DNA of 63,410 nt, filler included, from Choristocarpus tenellus KU-1152 (Eukaryota > Protista > Phaeophyceae), in the NCBI GenBank assembly GCA_964200185.2. It is 11 parts of 11 records of this genome, joined end to end, with 100 filler letters (N's around TTAATTAATTAA, not from the genome) between each part and the next. Parts side by side here need not be neighbours in the genome. Positions count along the whole stretch, not along the records: positions 29,255 to 38,239 come from CAXNAD020004123.1; positions 38,340 to 43,706 come from CAXNAD020011015.1; positions 43,807 to 52,276 come from CAXNAD020004674.1; 8 more parts are not named here. The stretch is one strand, 5' to 3'. The notes below the pieces were generated by a model. That model was not told the origin of the DNA, searched no databases, and was given only the letters and a program-made list of their open reading frames with translations. Positions 35,510 to 49,472 of the stretch are shown in pieces. Position 1 is the first letter of the stretch; every line of letters begins with the position of its first letter. Position numbers and translations under genes: made by a program.

Positions 35510-38500
35510 ATGTTGGAGACAACGGCAGTGGAGAGGTGGACATGATAATGCAATACCTTAGGTAGAATGGGCATAATAACACACTACTGGAACGTAGTTG
35601 CTGCTGCTTGCTCCATTGCAGTGGATGAAGTGGTCTTCTGGATGAATGCGCGCGCGCGCGCGTGTGTGTGTTTCTGTGTCTTTTCCCTTGTATGTCTTGA
35701 GTTAGTGATGGTGTGTAATATGCTTGTTTTACGTGTAAAAGATTTGTTCCTCGAGTTGTGCTCTTGTTCAACACTGTTGCCCATTTGGAGGACTGGTTTA
35801 TCTCAAAATGATGTGCTTACCAAATGAATATCAAATGTGATTATATTTTTAGAGGTTTTGATTTTACAAATGGCAGTTGAATCAAATTTGAGGCACATCA
35901 AGCACACCCTCCAGAGCTGAGAGATTGTGCGTCGGAGTGGTTGTGGGAGATGCGTGCTGGAGTATTTACTTCCGCTCTGTGGTGCATACATCATCACAGA
36001 CAACGTTGTGATACCACCTTGATGTATTGGTTTGCAAGGGTAACTTGAAGAAACAATTATTTTTCTAAAGTCCTATTATTGTTGTTGTCAGAACCACTTT
36101 TATGAGAAATATGTGAAGAAGTGTTACGTTCAATGGAGTTAGAATGCAAGCAGTTTTAAAGTTTTTTATTTTACAGCTTGATATATGCGTGTGTTTGCAC
36201 AAACACTAATGGTTCAAAAAAAAATCGCGGCTTGTATGCTCCCTTACAGACACGCACACGCAAACACACATACACAAATGATGAACAGAAAGAGGGCACT
36301 AGAGCACTCCATGAAATACTCTGGATTAGTCCACAAGATAATCAGCGCACCTAGAATGCGTTCTTCATTCAACACATTGAAAACGCACAAACTGCCACAA
36401 TGCTGAATGCTAACCCTTTGTTCTGAAGGTTAACTACCAAGCCACATCGTTGTTTGGCATGCTGGTGAAGTCAGATTAGTGACATAGTTCTGAACACATT
36501 TTACTCCACTTTTCACGCTAAAGTCTCTCAATCCAATTCACTATGGTTCTAAATTAACGTTATTGGGATTTACCCTTGGTGTAGGTCGTTCCAGAGGGGC
36601 TCCTTTCCAACATTTTGTTCATCGTAGGATATAGTCCTGTTAACCCCGGGGATCTCGAAAGTCTTGGAGTCTGTCACCTTGTTACAAACTGTTGTTGTGA
36701 TGGCCAAAATGCAGTCACTATGTATAGAACTGCAGATCGTTTCCCAAGGTGTCCTGCACAGTACATCGTCCGCGACTATCAGATTCGGTATATGCTGCCC
36801 AAAACAATAGTAGTTCTAGAAAAATGACACGTAGACCCAAGGAGAGAGGCACACTATAGCATATTAAAAACAAATTTCATCCTTATCATAATGAACCAGG
36901 AGAGGTAGTATCCACTTGAAATGCAGGGTTTCCTCTTGTCAAGCCAGTGTAGTAGTGATGTGAATTTGGAGGATGTCATTTTTACCCTGGGGAGACCGGT
37001 TATTCCACTAGTGACTACTTGGCCTACAAGCCCACGACACACAAGAGGAGGATTGGGGCAGGTGTGGTGATCCAAACTCAGAGAGTCGTGTACCCCTGTA
37101 ATCCTTTCAAACACACACAGGTGCCCCAAAACTATGGTTGTATACATCCTTTCTTGTCACATCCTGTTGTGAAACAGGATAGAAAGATTGCCACAAGGAT
37201 TGTGAAATACTGGACCCAAACCACTGTTGTACCATAGTAATTGGCCAAGAATGAGTGAGATGTCCTCAGTCCGGTAGCACTCATGAATGATGGTTGCCTC
37301 TATTTGCTTGGCTCCTATGATATTTTGGGGGGTTGGTGTTGGAGTTATAATCGGGTTCTAGTTTTTACCATAAAAACAATAGTTTGACATTGTTCGGGAC
37401 AGAGGGTAGGTATTTTATCCACATTACTCTATGTTCGTGGTTGTGTTATCTAGGTTCATTCTTCTAGTTCAATGAGCATATTTCTTCTACAGGAGATCGC
37501 AGCATGGGATGGTGACCTTTGGAGTCCTCAAGAAAAATGTGATCAGTTGAAACTCTCAATATCCAATATCTGTCCACCACAACAATGTAAAGAGGATGAA
37601 ATAGTGGCCAGTGAACGGCATCTACACTACTCACTCCTCTTCCAAGAAGATGGATTGTGTGTATAATTCATGCAGTACAATCCAAAATCACTTTTGATTC
37701 TTAACATGTGGTATATTGTACAACATTGCCTATTTATATTATTTTGCCAAACAAAAAGTCGCAGATGTTGTCATGGACTGTCTTTTCGAGAACGCTTTTC
37801 GGGTTAGAGGTAATCTAGGACTTCGAATTTTATAGTACATAGTCAAAGTAAAGAGAGTTACCCAGGTTTGGGGCGATTTGCATTTTACGTCTGTTTTTCA
37901 ATCTTTTGGAAGTCGCCCATACTTCTACAAGTGAAGTGCTAGGTTTGACTTAAGACCTTTCATTTCTCTATTATTTTTTCGTTTTTCGACATAATTAAGG
38001 AAATATCCAGACATATTTATTTGTAAAAATACCTTAACTTTGCGCATCTTTGTCAGCATCCTTAAAACACAACTCTGGTTACCTCTCGTCGTTTACTTCG
38101 ACTCACAGAAAACTTACCATTGGCCATGGGGGCTTCCGTGTGTATACTCTTCACACTTCAGAAGGGCAAGGCTCAAAGTATCTGGGAGGGGGTGGCGGCT
38201 GTCCACTTGGGGTCAAATTTTTCATGTCGCGATTTTTTGNNNNNNNNNNNNNNNNNNNNNNNNNNNNNNNNNNNNNNNNNNNNTTAATTAATTAANNNNN
38301 NNNNNNNNNNNNNNNNNNNNNNNNNNNNNNNNNNNNNNNACGACGACACCCCCCCCCAGATACTTTGACCCTCAGGTTTCAACATTGTACGCTGAGTTTG
38401 CCATGACTAGCTCAACATCCATTCCAATATATGTATACATCCTGACCTTACCTCTTCAGCTCTTTCCACAGGGAATGAATTTCATGCAACGGGTTTTAGC

Positions 38501-38926
38501 ATCCTCCACAAGGAACACAAAATAGTCCATCGGATTTAGTTGATACGAATTTACATCAACCTCTTCTCTTGAAATGTTTGTGAGAAAGTGCGTAACTTAA
38601 GTCAGGTAAGTTATGAATGCGAGAATAAAGGTCGAAGTCATGCAAGGTTAATGGGCTTGGCCGACCCTTTCAAACACATTCTTGCCGAGTCAGCTTGCAA
38701 CCTGAGACGTAAAATTTCCTTGGTACTAATCTTCGCCTCTCAGAAAACATCCTTGCGGACCTGAATTGCTCTCCTGTCATAGTTATTTAAAGCCTTGGAG
38801 GTTTCCATGCTGTCGATCTGCTCCGAGGTAGCTTACTATCCCTTTTGCTGTTTGAACCAGAAGATCATTAGGGGGTGATGGTAACTTGTACCAAAATTGT
38901 TGTGATGTACTTCACATATTGTTGTA

Positions 38927-40500
38927 CTCCCTCTGTCTCATAAGGCTGGTCCATTAAGTTGTAGTTGTTCGGGATGACCTACGATTACAAAACAGACTTT
39001 TGTGTTGGATTTCTTGGAATATTTTACATGAAATTACTAAATTTCAAAGAATTCTACAAATAAAATTGTTCTCAAATGGTTCCGAAAGAATGGAACACAC
39101 AGAATGGGGCATATTTTCTTATCGTTTTTTAATGTTCCTACTGCAACGTGGAGCCGCACAACGCTCTCACAACCCACATAGTGAGCCCCCACAGCCCGTA
39201 GTCAATGGCACGAAGCCCACCATCTTGGGGAAAGAACTGTGAGCTGACTGAGGAAGGTCAGACTGCACTTGCTCTGTGTTACGCATTGGCTCTTTCTCCA
39301 GGTCATGAGAGGCTCCCGAGGGGTTTAGGTTCTAAATTGGGAAAATAGTTTGGAGTGGGAGAGAGACACCCTAGACGGATGTGAGCGCGCGTCAAAGAAC
39401 AGTAAGACAGGGGGAATACCATCTCCCTGGAATCACAAGCATGATCTGGACGGCCGTCGGACTTCACGCCAATGGAACAAGTAAACATCCGGGAATCACC
39501 GCCAGTAATCGCACACTATCAATCAACTTTCCACCAAGCTTGCTGAAGCAGGCCTTGCAGTCAGCAGCTCAAAGCTTCATTGCTGGCTCGAAGCCATGGG
39601 AGAAATGAGGGTTCAGTGGCGTGTCACCCCCAGCCTTTGGTTTTTTTCACAAGAACAGGGTAGACTTCATCCTCGACCAGATCACCTGCAACCGCAAAAC
39701 CTACAGGACTGGCCTTAACACCATTCACACCGATGAGCGTGGTTCTACCTCATCTGCAAATAATGAAATATGGTGTGCATGTTCCCAGGGGAGGAAAATG
39801 TGAACTCAACGAAGGTGCAGCACAAGAGTCACATTCCCGAAGTGATGTTCATCTCCACCGTTTTGCACCCGGATCCTTTCCATGATTATTGGTGGCAAGA
39901 TCGGGGTGTGTTGGGTTTGTGTCACAAAGGCGGTGCAACGGACTACAGCACGGCACACCAAGAGTGAAGAGTACAAAGTTGATGTCACTGTCAATGTTGA
40001 GTGGTATCTGTGCAGCTGTTGCCAGCTATCAAGGAAAAATGCTGTAGCTGGAATTGGGGTGGGGGCTCCATATAGCAGGACAGTGCAACCCCGCATACAG
40101 GCAAGGTCATGGCGCAGAAGCTGAACGCAGCAGGGATGGAGGGGGGATGGAACGTTGACCTCATTACGCACCCAGCACATTCGCCGGATCTCAGCATCAA
40201 TGATTTGGGAGTTTTTTGCATCTCTGAAGAGCAGGGTTTGGGTGGAGCATTACAGCACCATTGATGAACTTGTCGAGGGGGTTTCAAGCACGTTCCACGT
40301 GTACGACGCAGACATGCTTGAGAGGGTGTGGCAGAGTCTTTTTTAAGAGATACATTCAGGTGTTATGGGCGTTGGGGGGGACCGATTTCGAGGTGGAGCA
40401 CGCCAGAACGAAAAAAGAGGCAGCCAGAGGCTGGGTGCAGCTACAGCACAATCGAAGTAGACCGAGGGGGCTCTGTGGCGGTCCTGGATTGGTGGTTTGA
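38927..40500 (+). mobile_element. Degenerate Tc1/mariner transposase related to the plant-type DD39D clade
   Basis: Motifs IHTDE (~39730), KVQHKSHIPEVMF, GGKIGV, QDSATPH and PAHSPDLSINDLGVFASLK. A Stowaway-like end TA|CTCCCTCTGTCTCATAA lies at 38925. Multiple frameshifts and stops. Confidence 0.88.
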
Positions 40501-40834
40501 CGATGTGGAATCAAGACAAGATATAGATAGTTATTTGATGTAAAATATTCTAAGGAATCCAACGCAAAGGTCCGTTTTGTAGGTGGAGGTCAGAGCGAGT
40601 ATTTTGATGGGTTTTGTTGGTTGAGCACATCGTTAATAACGATGTCTGACCGATATATTGATACGATGCAATGGTCCCCCGATTTAAATGGAGGATCTGA
40701 AATAGGATCACGTACGTTGAAGAGTTTGACGACTGATGAGGGAGGATGCATTCCCCCCAACTATTGTATCCGTCATCGTTAGGTTCCACGTAGATTTAAT
40801 TTGACAACCGAAAATAGGAGGCTGGGCTGGACCT

Positions 40835-42911
40835 ATGCAGCACCGGCGTGAGAAACGAGTTCAAGGCAATTTGTTTTGCCCTCTAGCATTTGTGAGATCC
40901 ACACTTGCCTTGTTGTGTGCGATTTTGATGCTGTGCCCTCGCCGAGGTGAAGGATGGGCTGTTCGACACAGTGTACGCCATAATATCCTACGTATGAGTG
41001 GATCCTTGAAAGGAAAAGTAGCAGTTGTTACTGGAGCCTCGAGAGGAATAGGGAAAGGAATAGCTCTAGCTCTCGGAGAGGAGGGATGTATAGTGTATTT
41101 GACGGGACGCTCTTCAGGAGGACGAACTACAGATGAGGTGAATGGATCATTACACGAAGTATTGTTGTGCAGAGTCACAACTGGGCTGCTTTTATGTATA
41201 AAGTATGGATCTCTGGCAACCTCCTTGCCTCCATTACATGCAGGAGCTTGGGGGAACAGTGGAGCAGACAGTGGAAGATATTCGAGCTGCTGGTGGCCAC
41301 GGCGTGGCGGTACTTTGTGACCACGCCGACGACACCCAGGCAAGTCACTCGAACTAGAAAGGTGAAGTACATTAGCCTGGGTTTCCTTTCTATCTAGGTT
41401 ACTTTTCACTCTTAACTTGTTACGATGCACTCATCCTCCCCAGACCTTCGCAATATAGGTCGAAGCTCTCTTTGAGCGTGTCGAGTCTGAGCAGGGGCGC
41501 CTAGACTTGCTCGTAAACAATGCCTTCTGCTTAGGCCCAGGCGAGCAGCTAACAGTCAAGTTCTGGGAGCAGGGGGTGAGATACCATGAGGAAACAGGTA
41601 GCAAAACATGAATACTATCCGAGGTTAGTAAGGCTTACTGGTTTGCCCTGTTGAACTTGAGGATCAGATGCTATGAACTGCATCATCTACTATGCCGCTT
41701 CAATCATGTCATCGTCGGAGGGCACTCTGCTCTCCCTCTATATCCGCATTGCAAGTTGGCCAGAAGGTTGATCACAATGCTGCTCAGATATTCCAACCCC
41801 CGCATGCCTCGAAGGATATCCAGAAAACGGAAGGAAGGGTCGAAGATATTGTTTATGCGGGGATAATTTCATGTGGGGACAATGGAGTGTAGTGTTAGCT
41901 AGCAATGCATTGCTTTACACCGGAGTACCATCAGATAGTTTGCCTCACGAAAGACAGCGGGCCCCTTGCAGATTTGGTGACCGCTAGCTCTTCCCTGCCC
42001 CTCTGACTCAAAGTGGAAATATTTCTGGTGCATCTTGATGCCTTAAGGTGATTATTTAATAAGTTCGCTCAACCTGTTTGCTAACATTGATGGGGCAGCA
42101 GAGCTTGCTGCAGAATGCATTATATTGGGTCAATATGACATTATTCCATCTTCTGTTAGTGCTGTTTTCAGTCCATGCCCTATACCTTGATAATCTTGTC
42201 ACTTAGGGCTATTTTCGATTTCGTGGTGAAATCATGCCCAGGTCCTGTACCTTGGAAATGAGGAGTTATTTAGAGAACTGCACCGATGGAAATTTTGGTT
42301 TAAAGATGTGGTTTATTAGTATTAGACTGATTAAAGGCCTCTACCAATAGAGATACTGTTTTGATGTGTGAATATAATACTGATTTGAAGTACCCTATGA
42401 ATGGAAGCACTACTTCAAAGTCTTGACTTACTGATCCAACAGAAGCAGCACTAGAAAGTACAGTACCAATGTAGACACAGCTTTGATTAGTGCACTAAAT
42501 GGAAATACTACTTCAGTGTCCAGTTGGAATTACAAGGTACTTTCTTTCCGACAAGCAAAACTCGTCCAAAGGTGCCAGTCAGGCTCTCCGTCTGCCTTCA
42601 AACATTTTAGGCTCCATTGTCATATCTCCTGTAGGTAGTACTTATAATGTCACCATGAGCAATCAGCTGATGATACACCTGTTATTTCTGTCATCCGCTC
42701 CTAATTATGAGAATAGTAATTAAAATAGCTATGGTACATTTACATCTAATTTTCAGGCAGATGCATGGGACCCGCTCATGAAGGTTGGTCTCCGGAGCCA
42801 CTACATGGCCTCATGCTTTGCCGCACCTCTCATGATCAAGACTGCCTCAAAGCCAGGTGCACCACCAGGCCTGATTGCCCACATCAGTTCCTTCGGAGGA
42901 CTGACATACAC
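40835..42911 (+). CDS. DHRS1: DHRS1-like short-chain dehydrogenase/reductase, 5' four exons: 40835-41137, 41244-41339, 41459-41575, 42757-42911; 3' missing
   Basis: VAVVTGASRGIGKGIA..VYLTGRS, CDHADDTQ|VEALFERV..GRLDLLVNNA..KFWEQ, WD..VGLRSHYMAS..ISSFGG are typical of the DHRS1 family. Confidence 0.92.
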
Positions 42912-43476
42912 GTGAGTTTTGTTTGATTGCCATGCTTTGAGATTTGGGGCAAGTTTGCAACGGAGTCTAACATTTGAAACGACTAGTTTGCTCTCAAGCA
43001 AGAGATTTACACTGTGTGTGTAAGGAGCGCATTGTTGGTTGTCTTCCCCATTGTGCAACAAACAAAGGAGGGCTCTGCACTACAACAGGAGGTATATTGG
43101 GCTATCTTTAATGGATTAATTGGGAGCATTACTAGATTGGGCCATACTTAACCACTCTAGTGTTGCCTCTAATAGCTACCCCCTCTGGTACATTAGGGTA
43201 AACAATAGCTGGCTGTTGGAGGGTGTAGTCAGAATTGATTGAAATCGATGAGTTTGGTGTGTGACTTTTTACGTGAAGAATTTGATCACCTGTTGGTTGG
43301 TGGTCGGTCTGTGTAAAATTGCACTAAATCTAATGCATTTCTTTTTCCAATCCTTTCTTGGGGGATTGCTCATGGTTTTGTCACAGGTTTCATCCTATCC
43401 AGTGGTTATATGCAGTGCTATTGTGCATATTGGGGGGGTGAGGGTAAACCACCTTTTGCGAGAAGGGCTTGCCCAA

Positions 43477-43706
43477 TGATGTTCTCATCTCATGATAATA
43501 TCATGAGATGATGTTGTCCTCTCATAATGTTGTCATCTCATGATATTATCATGAGATGATGTTGTCCTCTCATAATGTTGTCATCTCATGATGTTATCAT
43601 CACATGATGTTTTCATCTCATGATATTTTCATCTCATGATGTTGTCATCTCATGATGTTGTCCTCTCATGATGTTCTCATCTCAGGTTGTTGTCATCTCG
43701 TGTTGT
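43477..43706 (+). repeat. 16-bp tandem repeat (ATGATGTTGTCATCTC) x~14
   Basis: Directly visible; runs into the contig end. Confidence 0.9.
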
Positions 43707-45220
43707 NNNNNNNNNNNNNNNNNNNNNNNNNNNNNNNNNNNNNNNNNNNNTTAATTAATTAANNNNNNNNNNNNNNNNNNNNNNNNNNNNNNNNNNNNNN
43801 NNNNNNCCCCCCTCCCAGATACTTTGGGTCAATAATAATCCAGAATTCGTGAGTAAATACATTTTAGGTAACTGCTTTCACATAGAAAACCAAAAAGGCA
43901 TTAAAAAAACATGGGAGCCCAAGCCCTGAATGGATGAACATGGCAAAACTCGTACCCTCTTAAATGCTTTGGATCAGTCTGTGGCTAATGGCGAACGAGG
44001 TTTGTAGTCAAATGGAATTCCAACAAGGCTGTGGTAAGGAATGTAAGTCACACCAAAGCAGCACTGAAGGTCGCCCAAGTCACCAACACCACTACCATCA
44101 CCGCTGAATACTGTTTTCTTTTTGGACTGATTTCTCTTACACCATTTTCTTTCTTCCAAGGGGTATGTATTGCCTTTGAAATCATTTTTCGACAAATAAT
44201 GAGTTTGGGATCCCTCATACAGTGGAAGTGTCAAGGCGCCAAGGCTCTCTGCAAAAGGGGGCAATCACAATCACCAGATTGAACTCTTCCATAACAGAGG
44301 GTGAGACCGAGTTTCACAGGTCTTGGCCCAGCATCTCAACATCAATTGAAGAAACGCATAACCCGTCAAAGCCCCGACTCTGCTACAACTGGTGTGAGGG
44401 AGAGGTACTTGCTTTTAGGGGGTTTGTTGCCTAGGTTGTTTTCCTATGTTAGCCACGCTCCAACTTCGAGCAACGTATGCTGAATAGCTGAGGACATTTG
44501 TGTGTGTAATGTCAAACTGTTGTTGATATGGTTGGGTGTGACTCACCAGAATGGGTTATTGTGGTTTCCACATATTATTTTCATAACAAGGTAAATGTTT
44601 GGTGCGTTGTTACCAGTACTCACACTACAATTATTACTAGTAGCATTACCACTAACTTCCGTTCGTTAATTTTCTCACGTCAAGGACTTCTTCGTCCCTT
44701 GTGTTGATCTGGAATTTGTCATACAGGATACGCACTTTTTTTATGGTATCAGCTAAATATAAGGAGAGAAGAGGTACCTCGCAGGACTTTTCACTGACCC
44801 TACAATTAACTGAACCGACTCAACGAAAAAGCAACTGGGCCAGCGCAGCAAGCCGTATTTGGTCACATCACTGAAGGACCTGCACTGATCCTACTAAAAC
44901 ATTGAAAGTATCTTAGAGGGTACGATTTTTGCCCTGTTTGTCCGTTTGGGACGTGGATTCCCATGGGTTTTTAACCGTAGATAAAATGGTGTCTTAGTCT
45001 GACAAGACTGGTCAAAAATATATTTGCTGGTGGGCCCGACATTATATCTATCGAACAATTTGGGCAGTCAACACATGTTTCAAGAAACCCCTCAACCTGC
45101 ACGCGTATCTCCTTACTGTATCATGATCAACTGAGAGTTGACCAGTTTGTATAATACTACAATGCCAGGGACGAAGAGTCTGATCTACATAGATCGTGTA
45201 TAGATAGCACTTCAAAGTTA

Positions 45221-47368
45221 CAGTCATTGTACCTATATAAGAGAGGGTAGGGACAAGCAAAACCCTCTCTCTTATATCTCGATCCTCTCGTATTGTATAT
45301 AAGAGTGTTTTCTCTTAAACCAAAGGATGGTGATAAAAGAAACCTATTTTATATCGAGCAAAAGTGGCCGTAGGCATATTATACTTGTCCCTGAACAACG
45401 ACAGAGCGACGCTCTCACTGCATATGCTTCCCCTGTGCCTTCAAGAGTAGTTGCATGTAGATATGTATTGAACACTGTCCTTGGTGAGCCCCTTTCGATG
45501 GAGCTGTGGTGATGCAGCAAGCACCACATCTACACCACCCCTCCATATTATACCAGTGTCATATGTATACCGTATTGTAACATGGCTAAAATTGCACTCA
45601 TTACGATGTATTCACTCATATGTATAGTACACCTTCCCAAGAAAAGCATCAGCAAGCTATTGGATGGCTGGACAGACGACTCGCAGGTCAAATCAAATCA
45701 ACTTTCAAAGTCAATCTCCCTCCAATACCCTGCCCTACAGTACAAAATCAAAAACACCACCATGGATCAAATGTAGCTGCACCGCCATGCATCTACCATC
45801 ACACGCACTGAGTAAAACAACTTATTCACTGATATAAAAATCACGACTGCCAAAAAATTTCGAATGTCCGCTTGTTTGATTGCCCTTGCTCCGATTACGC
45901 TGAGCCAAGCTAGCTTTGCTTTCCGGAAATGGTATGAAACATCGTCCATGCTGCATTCTTCGACGGTTGTTTCTAAGCTTGCAAACTCATCAGCTACTTG
46001 AGAGTACGACGGTGGAGGAATCGAGATCACCGAAGAGGCTTCTCCTTTCCTCACGGCCCCCAATGTGCTGCCCCCTCCCATAAGCCCATCGTCATCCTCG
46101 TCACCCGAGCTTTCATTGTCTGACTGGTAGAATAATTTCTGGAGCAGCTGGTCTTTCATGTCCTCTAGTTTCGCATTGCCCACTTCATCGCTCGTTGTCT
46201 TTCACACCGATCCAAGTTCTTGCTGCATTGATGGAAGCCTGGGACGGCTCCCCCGGGTTTGAGGTGCAGAGCATCAAGAGCATTAGAGAGATCCTCATTA
46301 ATATATAGGGACACCTTGTGTGGGATGTTACCTCTACGAAAAAAAAGGTCACCTGTGATACTACAGTACACAGTACAGATATTAAAGTATGACAGAAACG
46401 AGCACAAAATTTTAAAAAACTCAACCATAATCCTTCTCAGCAGACGGTGCATAAAGACAATTCAATCACGATCACAATCAGACTACGTTCAGAATTTCAA
46501 TCCGCATGCTGACGCACCTCGGTATGTTCGGCACCCCCCGTAGACTTGGCATCAGACTTTAGCGTCTGTGCTTTCTCCATGATGGTTCTTGCCTCCTTCA
46601 ACTTGTTCGAGGGTGCTGTGACCGATTCCAAAATTTTGAGCAACCGCAGTTCCCGTCATGGTCTTAAGGAGTTTCAATACTTCCAACTTCTCTGCAAAGC
46701 TCAATCGTTTACGACTGTCGGCTCAGCGAGGCTTGTAGGACGCCGCTTTCTCCATAAATATATTTGCAGCACCTTCCCCTTCCCCTTGTTCTTGTTATCG
46801 TGGCGCTTCGACGCCGTGTTGTTACTGGCTGGAGGACTCGAAACCTTGCTCTTGGTGGGTCTCACGCATAGTTTGCACACGCATTTCATTCGCTAGCACC
46901 AAAAGGATCCGCGACGCCGCAAATGCCATGAAGATAGCCGCTACAACGCGACATTTATGGCATGTATAGTGTGGTGGACCACGAGTATTACCCTGCATGT
47001 TGTAGCTAGATCCCGCTGAGCAGGGCATCGTCGTATCTGTACAATGCATTCGTCTAACCCTTGATGTGATATACTGTATGTACTCTACCGTGCAGCACTG
47101 AGAGACAAAAGAATGCTATGTTGTGTACTGTTGATGTCCAACAGCTTTATACCTTTGTTATATTTTGGTTAACTTATTAGACATGACTTTTTGGGAAACC
47201 CCTCCATCAAGTAGTGAAAAAAATGGAAGTTTGCTGGATATAAGAGAGAATTGGGAGGAAAACGTCGAAACCTCTCTTATAACCTGAAAAGTTGTGACAA
47301 ACCAATTTACCTTCTCTTATATCCCCTATTCTCTAATATCGACCTCTCTTATATAGGTACACCGACTG
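45221..47368 (-). mobile_element. Non-autonomous pogo/Tigger-like DNA transposon, 2148 bp, with TA target-site duplication
   Basis: 26-bp TIRs CAGTC(AT/GG)TGTACCTATATAAGAGAGG have TA on both sides. An HTH remnant EKLEVLKLLKTMTGTAVAQNFGIGHSTL lies at ~46610-46695, and a Tigger-type C-terminus KQADIRNF at ~45860. No DDE core seen. Confidence 0.9.
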
Positions 47369-49472
47369 TATATGCATGAACTGTATAGTAAGGTTGGTGT
47401 GATAATTTGGTTGTGTATGTACACATCATGAAGCCGACCAATTTACTTTAATGTACGACCAGATCAAGAGAGTTCAACAAATGGGGGGCTAAGAAGGAAG
47501 TGGAGGTTACTGCTTCTTCAGCATTCTTGGTTCAACTTGGACTAGTTTGAGGAGTCCATGGGTGAGATATCTTGTCGGTTGAACATTTCTGCAACGTTTC
47601 CTTGGATCCAACTTTAAATAGCTTGGGGATTTCGGGGACAATCTTGGAGTCGTTAATACTCTAAGAGTATCATTTAGGTAACCAGCTTGGGTTGGGATTC
47701 GTATTTGGGGGCGATGTCTTCCTGTACCTACACCTTCAAATTATTTTCAACATGGATTGATTTCGGGTTATGGGAGCAATATTTTGCTGCTTTGCGTCCT
47801 TTTTCGCAACATTTCGTTCATCCTCGGTTTCATTTGAGTGCAACTATGAGGGCAGACAAGTGGGTTGTATCATTTGAAGGCATCCACCGGATTTCTTGAC
47901 GAACAGGTATTAGGTCTAGCTGTATTCTTTGTGGCATTGGTTACCATTCTGAGTTAAGTTCATGCTGTAGGTATTATTGTAACCCTTGTAGCCGGCCAAG
48001 AAGGCAACCTCTTCACTGCTTTATACAATACCTTCAAGCCCAACTCGAAGTAGTTCCAGGTTGTTGGGGCAATAGACAATATCTTTTCAAACATGGCTGG
48101 GGCTATGGGGTCAACGTTTTGCTTTTGGAACACACTTGGTGCAAATTCCAATGATCGTTTTAGTGACATGTATAGAGTGTTCAAATTATATCTACAACTG
48201 CATCAAACTTCACAATAGTTTTGGTTCAACTTGAACATTTTTGCATAGAGATATCAGCCCCATCAGTACTTGGAAACAGATTCGACTATCACAATAACAG
48301 TACCTTACAACTTAAAATCTGCAGCAGTCAGTTCAACTTGGCTCACTTAAGAGGCAGGTTCTGAAGTGAAAGCACAACACTATTATGCACAAAAAAATAC
48401 ATAGTTGTTGTTCACAAGCAAGCAAATCACCAACTCGTAATGCCTTAGATAAAGCAACTACGTTGTACATTGTTAATGTATTTCACGCTTGGTGTGAAGC
48501 CAGCAAAAACAGAAAACGTGGCCATATCTGCTTTCTAGTTCCACAAAATAATCCCCTTCTTAATATACTCATCTAAAATAAATATTTCGTCAATACATGC
48601 AAGCACATGGTTAAAAAACTAACACAGAGAAAGCCATCAAGTGTGTGCACAACAAATGTATGCATATTTTTACTCGTGTCTTACGGTTAGTGCAAATTCA
48701 CTCACCTGCATCCCACATACCCCACACAAATAAACATAGTACAATATGACACAACCTGAACCACACAAGGAGTGCACTTGTACCAAGGCAGAAAGGAGAA
48801 AATCACACAGAATTCAAGGAAGGCAACACTCACAGAAAAAACAAACACAAATCAATACACTCCACTCTAATTAACGCATCCCACACCCCAACTAAAGATT
48901 GAGGCGGGGCCTTCCTCCCATGAAAGGAACAATGTTTTCTATTGCAGTCAGTGATGACTCTACTCGTATACAGCACAAAAAATATATATAAACACACCAC
49001 ACACACAACCTTAAAGGGGTCTAGGGCACATAAAGGTAAGGTTGAGGGGGGTGGGGTGGTGGGAAGTTGGGGTTGGGGGGTGACATCTACACAATAAAAC
49101 GTTGGCCAAACAGGGTGTCCTGGATGGGTCCAGTCTATGCCCACTCTGGAGAAGGTGCCGCAAAATAGAAGAGAGAATCATCTGCCACAAGGTTCACATA
49201 CAGACTGCTTAGAATTTCCTCTCCTAACACTAACTGTCAGCAGCATTCAAGACCTGGAACAAGGTTCACAACTTCAACGATGCAGTTTGTCCCCCTCCCC
49301 TCAAAACGGTATACATTCACATGAGCACTACTGATATTGTAGCTTCCAGGGACTTGTGAATTGCCCGCTGAGGTGAAGCTACCTTACCTTAACCCTCACG
49401 GTACTGTGCCAACTGCGAACATTGCACATGCACAGAGATGGACATACCACGTATCATTTGTGTGCCAAATCA

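Noticed and set aside
36560-37260. Possible integrase remnant (GHLGKR..FWP on the minus strand)
   Set aside because: A single weak motif with many stops; it cannot be assigned by eye.
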